DNA of 64,000 nucleotides from Candidatus Gastranaerophilales bacterium (GTDB lineage Bacteria; Cyanobacteriota; Vampirovibrionia; Gastranaerophilales; Gastranaerophilaceae): NCBI GenBank assembly GCA_944324185.1, contig CALUVI010000004.1, positions 190 to 64,189 of the forward strand, read 5' to 3'. Shown piece by piece: positions 57,071 to 64,000 of this stretch (position 1 is its first letter; each line of letters starts with the position of its first letter). The notes under the pieces were generated by a model. It saw only the letters and a program-made list of their open reading frames with translations, ran no database searches and was not told where the DNA came from. The position numbers and the translations under genes were made by a program.

Positions 57071-58044
57071 TCTTTCCTTCCTAGCTTGAATGTTGTATTT
57101 CTGTCAGTTTCTTCCCCATACAGCTTGTCTGAACCCATTAATCTGAGCTTTGAACGGGATTGAATGTCTTTTAAGTTAGTTTCTTTTAAATAGACATCGA
57201 CAAGAGTTCTGTTTTTATTTGAGTTTATATTAATTACCCTGAAAGCATTCGGATACGTTACAAGGGACGGGCATGAAATTACAAGCAGATTATCATCCTG
57301 CTTTGCTTTAACCGCATGATAATGCCCCTGTAATACTATCACCGGATTCTTATGCGTTTTTAGCAATTTCCTTACTTCATATTCATTTAACAATTTATGG
57401 TTAGCGCTGGAATAAGGCTCTATAATCGGTACGTGGGTACATACGACAACTGTATCTTTTTCGTGTTCTTCCAATTCTTGTTTAAGCCACAAAAATTCTT
57501 CGTTAGAGATTTCTCCGTTTGCAGTTAACTTGTAGTCAATAATTGAGTCTAAGCATATAACCCGAAAACCTTTCTTCGGAGTGAATGCATAATAAATATT
57601 TTTCTGGTTCATATTGTCATTATGATTTGCCAGAATTTTCAAAAACTTCTCCTTAGAAAGCTTTCCGTCGATATCAATGTCGTGATTTCCGTCAATTGCG
57701 TACCACGGGTAAACAAGTTTGTTTGCGTGATTTATAAATTTTTCCAACTCATCTGATTTTGGAACATTAATTAAATCTCCGGTAAAAACTACAAAATCAT
57801 ACGGTCCGGAGGTATTAATCTGAAATATAACGTCGTCAAGCAAGTCACCGGATTTTTTCAGGAACTTGTAAGACGTGTTTTCTTCAAAAGAAGAAAAATG
57901 AGCATCGCTCACCTGCGCAATCCTCAGATTATTATTTGCAGCAGTACAAACCTGTGAGCCTATTGCACAGGCAACTATTATTGTTAAAACAAAATTAACA
58001 ACTTTTGAAAAAAATGACTCTTTTTTCTTCTTATAATTTTTCAT
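57067..58044 (-). CDS. Calcineurin-like metallophosphoesterase (CpdA-like), membrane-anchored/exported
   Basis: SDAHF, TGDLIN, GNHD, THVP, GHYH; N-terminal hydrophobic helix. Confidence 0.85.
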   Translation of the reverse strand: MKNYKKKKESFFSKVVNFVLTIIVACAIGSQVCTAANNNLRIAQVSDAHFSSFEENTSYKFLKKSGDLLDDVIFQINTSGPYDFVVFTGDLINVPKSDELEKFINHANKLVYPWYAIDGNHDIDIDGKLSKEKFLKILANHNDNMNQKNIYYAFTPKKGFRVICLDSIIDYKLTANGEISNEEFLWLKQELEEHEKDTVVVCTHVPIIEPYSSANHKLLNEYEVRKLLKTHKNPVIVLQGHYHAVKAKQDDNLLVISCPSLVTYPNAFRVININSNKNRTLVDVYLKETNLKDIQSRSKLRLMGSDKLYGEETDRNTTFKLGRKD

Positions 58045-58091
58045 CTTTACTAATAATAATGTATATCAGGGTTTTAAGTCAACGCTGATTA

Positions 58092-59120
58092 TTATGTTCT
58101 GGAAAATACTTCCACATTAATATCATCGAATGTGTTATCAAAGAAATAAGCGGAAGATGCTACCATTGAGGCATTATCAGTACAATATTTCATAACAGGA
58201 GCAAAAACTTCATACCCTTCGTTTTTCAGAGCGAAAATCTTTTTTCTTATTTCTGAATTTGCCGCAACTCCGCCTGCCAGAACAACCTGCTTGTAACCTG
58301 TTTCTATCAAGGCATTTTTAACTTTTTTAAGCAGAGTTGAAGAAACACATTCCTGAAAACTTGCGCAAATATCTTTTACAGGCATTTTTTTGCCGTCAAA
58401 ACTCTTTACAAGCCTTAAAACAGCAGTTTTAAGCCCGCTAAAGCTGAAATCATAACCGCCGACTTTGGCTTCCGGAAGCTTAAATGCGTGAGGATTGCCT
58501 TCCTGTGCAAGTTTATCCAGTTTTGGACCGCCCGGATACGGAAGTCCGATTAGTCTTGCAACTTTGTCATAAGCTTCTCCTACAGCATCATCAATAGTTT
58601 CGCCGATTATTTCCATATCTGAATAAGAACTTACTTTAATAATTTGCGTATGTCCGCCGCTTACAAGAAGCGCAATAAATGGAGGTTTTAATTCTGTATC
58701 GATAAAATTCGCCGCCAGATGCGCATTGAGGTGATTAACCCCGATAAACGGTTTGTCGTATACAAGCGCCATAGTTTTAGCGGCATTCATCCCCACAAGC
58801 AGACATCCTACAAGCCCGGGACCTACAGTCGCCGAAAATGCTGTAATATCTTCACCTTTTACACCGGCTTGTTTTAAAGCTTCATCTATTACAACATTAA
58901 TTGCTTCTAAATGTTCTCTTGCTGCAATTTCCGGAATAACTCCGCCGTATTCTTCGTGAATCTTGATTTGAGAAGCCACAACGTTTGCGATAACTTCTCT
59001 CCCCGCTTTAACTATAGCGCAGGCTGTTTCATCACAACTGGATTCTATCCCCATAATGAGAGAGTTATCATCAATTGTAACAGGTTTATTACTGAATAAT
59101 GTATTTTTAATCTTGTTCAT
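58092..59120 (-). CDS. tsaD: tRNA N6-adenosine threonylcarbamoyltransferase
   Basis: GIESSCDET, GGVIPEIAAREH, GPGLVGCL, HLNAH, SGGHT, GEAYDKVAR, FSFSGLKT, CTDNASM. Confidence 0.97.
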   Translation of the reverse strand: MNKIKNTLFSNKPVTIDDNSLIMGIESSCDETACAIVKAGREVIANVVASQIKIHEEYGGVIPEIAAREHLEAINVVIDEALKQAGVKGEDITAFSATVGPGLVGCLLVGMNAAKTMALVYDKPFIGVNHLNAHLAANFIDTELKPPFIALLVSGGHTQIIKVSSYSDMEIIGETIDDAVGEAYDKVARLIGLPYPGGPKLDKLAQEGNPHAFKLPEAKVGGYDFSFSGLKTAVLRLVKSFDGKKMPVKDICASFQECVSSTLLKKVKNALIETGYKQVVLAGGVAANSEIRKKIFALKNEGYEVFAPVMKYCTDNASMVASSAYFFDNTFDDINVEVFSRT

Positions 59121-59359
59121 TACTTAATTATAATACAAATAAAAATGGGAAGAAAAAGTATATTTGAGGGGGTAAAAGTTGTAAGTTAATGTTGGGTTAG
59201 TAAACCCAACCCTAATTCTTATCCGGGGGTGTTTTGTATATTTATTATGTTCATAGTAGTATTAAACCATCACAACTTATGATGCAGTTTACTTAAACGA
59301 ATTGCAAAATAGACCGGTAGTCTTTATACAAAATGTAAACCGGGTAAAGGATTAAAAAA

Positions 59360-60646
59360 ATGAAATTTTTAGATAAAGCAAAAATCAGAGTAATATCAGG
59401 TCATGGCGGTAACGGTATGGTTGCCTGGCGCCGTGAAAAATACGTAGATAAAGGCGGACCGGCAGGCGGTGACGGCGGAAGAGGCGGCGACATATATTTT
59501 GTTGCAGACGAAAATATGTCTACTCTTCTGGATTTTAAGATAAAATCCGTATTTAAGGCTCAGTCCGGTGAAAACGGCGGAATAAAAGGTATGCATGGTG
59601 CTTGCGCAAAAGATTTGTATATAAGAGTGCCGTTAGGAACAGTTGTAAGAGACGTTAAAAGCGGTAAACTCATTGCGGATTTAACGGAAAACGAGCAGCA
59701 GGTTTTGATAGCAAAAGGCGGCAGGGGCGGAAGGGGCAATGCAAGGTTCGCAACTGCACAAAAAAGAGCGCCCCAGTTTTGCGAGCCGGGAGAGCCGGGG
59801 ATTGAAAGAGTTCTGGAATTAGAACTTAAATTAATTGCTGATGTCGGCTTGCTTGGTATGCCTAATGCGGGTAAATCAACTTTTATAAGTGCTGTAAGCT
59901 CTGCAAGACCTAAGATTGCTGATTATCCGTTCACAACTTTAGTTCCTCATCTTGGAGTTGTTAAAAAAGATGACGGCGGCTCTTATGTAATAGCTGATAT
60001 TCCGGGACTTATTGAAGGCGCATCGGAAGGCGTCGGCTTAGGGCATGAGTTCTTAAGGCATGTTGAAAGATGCAGATTCCTTATACATGTTGTTGACTTG
60101 ACGGCTGAAAATCCGGTGGAAAACTATAAAATAATAAATAATGAGTTAAGAAAACATTCGGAAGGGCTTGCTAATCTGTATCAGGTTCTTGTTTTGAACA
60201 AAATAGATGCCATATTAGAAGAGGATTTGAATAAATTTAAGGAAGAATTTAAACAGTTTTCTTCGGATATTTTCCCGATTTCAGCCGTTACAAAACAAGG
60301 CGTGGATGAACTTTTACATTTTGTTTCCAAAAAAGTCGATGAGATTCCAAAACCGGAATTTGATATTGATATTGAAGAGGACTTGGACGCCTATGATAAT
60401 GATGACAGTACTTTTGAAGTTACAAAACTTGATAAAGAGACTTATCTGATTTCAGGCGGAAAGCTTAGCAGGCTTGCAAAAGTAACGGATGCCAGAAATA
60501 CAGAGCAGGTTGTAAGACTTCAAAATATTATGAAAGGCATGGGTGTATTTGACGAGCTGCATAAATACGGACTGAAAAACGGCGATACTGTTATTCTCGG
60601 TCACTTGGAACTCGCATACTATGATGACGAAGTCTGGGGGGGGTAA
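59360..60646 (+). CDS. obgE: GTPase ObgE/CgtA
   Basis: Gly-rich Obg domain, GMPNAGKST, YPFTT, DIPG, NKID, C-terminal OCT domain. Confidence 0.97.
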   Translation: MKFLDKAKIRVISGHGGNGMVAWRREKYVDKGGPAGGDGGRGGDIYFVADENMSTLLDFKIKSVFKAQSGENGGIKGMHGACAKDLYIRVPLGTVVRDVKSGKLIADLTENEQQVLIAKGGRGGRGNARFATAQKRAPQFCEPGEPGIERVLELELKLIADVGLLGMPNAGKSTFISAVSSARPKIADYPFTTLVPHLGVVKKDDGGSYVIADIPGLIEGASEGVGLGHEFLRHVERCRFLIHVVDLTAENPVENYKIINNELRKHSEGLANLYQVLVLNKIDAILEEDLNKFKEEFKQFSSDIFPISAVTKQGVDELLHFVSKKVDEIPKPEFDIDIEEDLDAYDNDDSTFEVTKLDKETYLISGGKLSRLAKVTDARNTEQVVRLQNIMKGMGVFDELHKYGLKNGDTVILGHLELAYYDDEVWGG

Positions 60647-60806
60647 ATATATACGGATACTGTCATTACAAATTATGTGTCGTTGTAGGAAATGTATTTT
60701 GTTGGTGACGGAGTGATTAGTGAATAGCAGCAGCTCAGGCAACGCTTGGCAGAAGCTTTGTTGGAGCATAACTGACTAACAATAACTTTTTTGATAAAAT
60801 AAATAT

Positions 60807-61226
60807 ATGCAAAATGCAATAGAACAAGCTTTAAAATGTACAATAGATGTTCCGGTAGGTTGTGTAATCAAAAAAGACGGTAAAGTTATTGCAGAGGCTC
60901 ATAACAGAAGAGAAATTGATAATGATGTTACGGCGCATGCGGAAATTCTTGCAATAAGAGAAGCACAAAAAGTTTTAAACACTTCCCGCCTGATAGATTG
61001 TGAAATGTATGTAACACTAGAACCATGCCCGATGTGCAGCTGGGCAATACTTATGTCCGGAATAAAAACTCTCTACTTTGGAGCGTACAACCCTGATTAT
61101 GGCATCTTTGTCTCCAATCCTCAATGTTTACCCCCAAAAAGGATATCGTCCCTAAAAATTTATGGTGGTATAGAAGAAGAAAAATGTGGTAAAATATTAG
61201 AAGATTTTTTTAAGAATATACGATGA
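60807..61226 (+). CDS. tadA: tRNA adenosine deaminase-like nucleoside deaminase
   Basis: VPVGCVI, TAHAEILAI, TLEPCPMC. Confidence 0.8.
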   Translation: MQNAIEQALKCTIDVPVGCVIKKDGKVIAEAHNRREIDNDVTAHAEILAIREAQKVLNTSRLIDCEMYVTLEPCPMCSWAILMSGIKTLYFGAYNPDYGIFVSNPQCLPPKRISSLKIYGGIEEEKCGKILEDFFKNIR

Positions 61227-61978
61227 TTACAAAAGAAGAACTGGATAAATTAGCTGCAAAATATGAAACGGAGAGTTTTATAAAAGACGATCCGATACTC
61301 TTTCCTCATCGCGGTAAAACAAAAGAGGATAAGGAGTTGTACGGATTTATTGCCTCGCTTTTTGCTTACGGAAACCGCAAAATGTTTATAAAAAAGCTCG
61401 AAGATATAGACTCAAGAGCGGGAAATGATATTTCAAACTATGTTAAAAACGGGGATTTTTCGAATCTGAAAGGTGTAGAATATCGTTTTTCTAAAGACCA
61501 TGATATTATTCCGGTTTTCGAGATTCTCCATAAACTTTATAATGAATCCGGGGGGCTGGAAGAGTTGTTTGAATACGGCTTTAATTCTGAAAACTTTTTA
61601 CAGACGGTTGTTGATTATTTTTATTCTAATGTTCCGGAAACTGCCGGTCAGGGTTTTTATCACATGATACCGAACCCGCAAAACGGCGGGGCAATGAAGC
61701 GCATGAATATGTTCTTAAGGTGGATGGTAAGAAAATCCGTAGTCGATTTAGGTATATGGAAATTTATGAAACCAAAGGACTTGCTTATCCCGCTGGATGT
61801 ACATGTCGCCCGTGTTTCAAGATTGATGGGGCTTCTGGAAAGGAAAAGCAATGACTTTAAGGCTGTAATCGAGCTTACGGACAACTTGAAAAAATTCTGT
61901 CCCGAGGATCCGGTAAAATATGATTTTGCAATGTTTGCTTTTGGTGTAGAATTAAATAAAATGAAATCAGGAGTGTGA
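61223..61978 (+). CDS. TIGR02757/DUF2400-family protein
   Basis: FIKDDPILFPH, KRMNMFLRWMVR, IPLDVHV, DPVKYDFAMF. Confidence 0.85.
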   Translation: MITKEELDKLAAKYETESFIKDDPILFPHRGKTKEDKELYGFIASLFAYGNRKMFIKKLEDIDSRAGNDISNYVKNGDFSNLKGVEYRFSKDHDIIPVFEILHKLYNESGGLEELFEYGFNSENFLQTVVDYFYSNVPETAGQGFYHMIPNPQNGGAMKRMNMFLRWMVRKSVVDLGIWKFMKPKDLLIPLDVHVARVSRLMGLLERKSNDFKAVIELTDNLKKFCPEDPVKYDFAMFAFGVELNKMKSGV

Positions 61979-61983
61979 ATATT

Positions 61984-62700
61984 ATGAATAACAATTATGA
62001 TTTTGCTTCAAAAAAGACGTTACTTATACTGCTTTTTATATGTTTAATATTTTTTATGATAATAATGAAGGCGTTTGATTACATACCGTCAGAAGAGGAA
62101 GGTGTCGAACCGCAAAATATTCCAAATATAAATAGAACAATATCGCAAGCTCCTGATAATAATGTCAAAGTGCAAAATACAACTTCTGATACACGGACGG
62201 GAACTGTGCAGGAACAGAATGCAGAACCTCTGGATGAGCCTCCTTTAAAAGCAGGAGCACCTGCAATCGAAAATGAAGCTGCTCAGCAAAATCAGGAGCA
62301 GTTGTCTGATGTACAGCAAAGCCAGCCTAATCCCGAAGAAGAATTACGACCGATCGATGATAATGAAATTCCGGGAGAGGCAATTCCAAATCCTGAAGAA
62401 CAGTATGCTCCAAAGAAAGCTGTTTCCACAACAAAGTCTAAAATTGCAACAGCATCAAGTTTAAAAGAAGCTGGTGATTACAGTGCTGCTGTTGAGATAT
62501 ATAAAGAGCTGGCGGAGCGGGAAAGTAATCTGCAGCTTAAAGCGAATTATTATGAGGAGCTGGCTAATTTATTTGTTTTGCAAAAACGCTACGGTTCCGC
62601 TTTAATATATGCTCAAAAAGCTAACAATATTGTGCCGACGGTTTCCAGAGAAGCATTGTTGAAAAAACTTTATGAGAAGGTGCCGGCTAAATCGAATTAG
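61984..62700 (+). CDS. Hypothetical membrane-anchored protein with low-complexity linker and C-terminal TPR-like helices
   Basis: N-terminal TM, Q/E/P/N-rich middle, AGDYSAAVEIY...YGSALIYAQKA. Confidence 0.6.
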   Translation: MNNNYDFASKKTLLILLFICLIFFMIIMKAFDYIPSEEEGVEPQNIPNINRTISQAPDNNVKVQNTTSDTRTGTVQEQNAEPLDEPPLKAGAPAIENEAAQQNQEQLSDVQQSQPNPEEELRPIDDNEIPGEAIPNPEEQYAPKKAVSTTKSKIATASSLKEAGDYSAAVEIYKELAERESNLQLKANYYEELANLFVLQKRYGSALIYAQKANNIVPTVSREALLKKLYEKVPAKSN

Positions 62701-62736
62701 TCATCAATGAAATAACTACAATACAGGAATTAATAT

Positions 62737-63603
62737 ATGGAACTTTTAGATACATCAAGAATCAGAAAATTATTATTTTTAGGACCTCGCGGGTCATACA
62801 GTGATTTTGCAAAAAATATGTTTATAGATGCTTTTAAGCTTAATTGTGTAAGTACAAACCTGAAATCAATCTCAAGTATAATCAAGGCTTTGAAAGATGA
62901 AAATAATGAAGATATTGTTGCAGTTATACCAATTGAAAATTCAATAGAAGGTATTGTAAGAGAAACTCTCGATAATCTTTCGTCTTTAAAAAAAGAAGGT
63001 TATAAAATTATTGCAGAAACTACCATGGGAGTTGAGCACGCACTTTTAGGGTTTGCAAAGCATAAATCTGAAATTAAAGTAGTACGTTCTCATCCGCAGG
63101 CTCTGGCTCAATGTAAGCATTTTTTGCAGGCAAATTTTCCGGATTCTTTAATAGAAGAAGCAACTCTGTCAACTTCGGCTGCAGTTCGCTCGCTGGTTGC
63201 GGAAGAGCCGGAAGCTGCAGCAATCGGAAGTGTAGAATGCGCTGAAATGTACGGGGTTCCTGTTATAGAAAATAATATTAACGATGAAATCAATAACCAG
63301 ACAAGATTTATACTTCTGGGAAAATTCATGTCACCGCAAACGGGGTATGATAAGACCAGTATTACATTTTCAACCGAGAATAAAGCCGGAGCTTTGAATA
63401 AAATATTAACGATTCTGGAAGAACACGGAATTAATATGTCCTATATAGATTCAAGACCTTCAAAAAAAGAACTAGGCGAATACGTTTTCTATATTGATTT
63501 TGAAGGACATATTCTTGATGAAAAAATTAAGAAAGCTTTTGAAGAAATTAAACCTCTTGTAAAAATGTTCTATGTAATAGGTTCATATCACCCGATAGGT
63601 TAA
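62737..63603 (+). CDS. pheA: Prephenate dehydratase
   Basis: FLGPRGSYS, PIENSIEG, SHPQALAQC, NQTRF, ACT domain IDSRPSK..LGEYVFYID. Confidence 0.95.
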   Translation: MELLDTSRIRKLLFLGPRGSYSDFAKNMFIDAFKLNCVSTNLKSISSIIKALKDENNEDIVAVIPIENSIEGIVRETLDNLSSLKKEGYKIIAETTMGVEHALLGFAKHKSEIKVVRSHPQALAQCKHFLQANFPDSLIEEATLSTSAAVRSLVAEEPEAAAIGSVECAEMYGVPVIENNINDEINNQTRFILLGKFMSPQTGYDKTSITFSTENKAGALNKILTILEEHGINMSYIDSRPSKKELGEYVFYIDFEGHILDEKIKKAFEEIKPLVKMFYVIGSYHPIG

Positions 63604-63656
63604 AAAACTTAAAGCTTCCTCTTGATTTAAGAGCATGTTTATATTATATTTTTTCC

Positions 63657-63780
63657 TGTAAAGCGCATAAGCCGATATGACGCTTGTACGTGCCCGGTGA
63701 GGGCAGGGTAAATGATTCAAAGTTGAATCCTACAGATTTATTCCCTGTCTTACTAAGGAGCAAAAAAGAAAGGAAAAATT
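63657..63780 (+). promoter_or_regulatory. Structured 5' leader of rpsO (candidate S15 autoregulatory element)
   Basis: Hairpins 63661-63685 and 63691-63705, a long stem 63701-63750, and promoter-like TTGATT-N17-TATATT at 63622-63650. Confidence 0.45.
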
Positions 63781-64000
63781 ATGAACTTAAAGAACAAACA
63801 GGAAATTGTTGAAAAATTTGGTGCAAATGCAAAAGACACCGGCTCTGCCGAAGTACAAATCGCTATGTTAACCAAAAAGATTTCAGAACTTACAGAACAT
63901 ATGAAATCTAACAAAAAAGACTTTGCAACAAAACGCGGTCTTTTGATGATGGTTGGTAAAAGAAAAAGACTTCTTTCATTCCTGAAAGAAAAGAATCTGG
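63781..64000 (+). CDS. rpsO: 30S ribosomal protein S15 (3'-truncated by window)
   Basis: KDTGSAEVQIAMLT..I..LTEHM..NKKD..TKRGLLMMVGKRKRLL. Confidence 0.95.
   Translation, partial: MNLKNKQEIVEKFGANAKDTGSAEVQIAMLTKKISELTEHMKSNKKDFATKRGLLMMVGKRKRLLSFLKEKNL

Overview
Low-GC bacterial chromosome segment. The lineage is inferred, not proven, to be a non-photosynthetic cyanobacterial relative (Melainabacteria/Gastranaerophilales-like), from cyanobacteria-like MinE/PheT/DUF2993 proteins, a fermentative NADP-alcohol dehydrogenase and many lineage-style hypotheticals. Housekeeping genes (minE end, rarA, pheT, mutS, rimI, rpmI-rplT, tyrA, proA, tRNA-Arg(ACG), tsaD, obgE, tadA, pheA, rpsO start) flank a ~26 kb accessory surface-biogenesis region (27.3-53.5 kb). 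That region contains: (i) a 1.2 kb mosaic of REP-like repeats after the tRNA; (ii) a divergent chaperone-usher-like pilus cluster with a chaperone, 3-4 pilin-like subunits and an usher-like barrel; (iii) a sigma70-type promoter enclosed by a perfect 23-bp inverted repeat (candidate invertible switch); (iv) a glycan locus with an embedded nucleotidyltransferase + HPr-kinase-like/RRE fusion + PqqD/RRE module that has no lasso cyclase; and (v) a frameshifted IS481-like element inserted with a 5-bp duplication exactly into a REP-like element. Candidate structured leaders precede rpmI and rpsO. No CRISPR array, rRNA or prophage was seen. All family assignments come from motif recognition by eye, not database searches.
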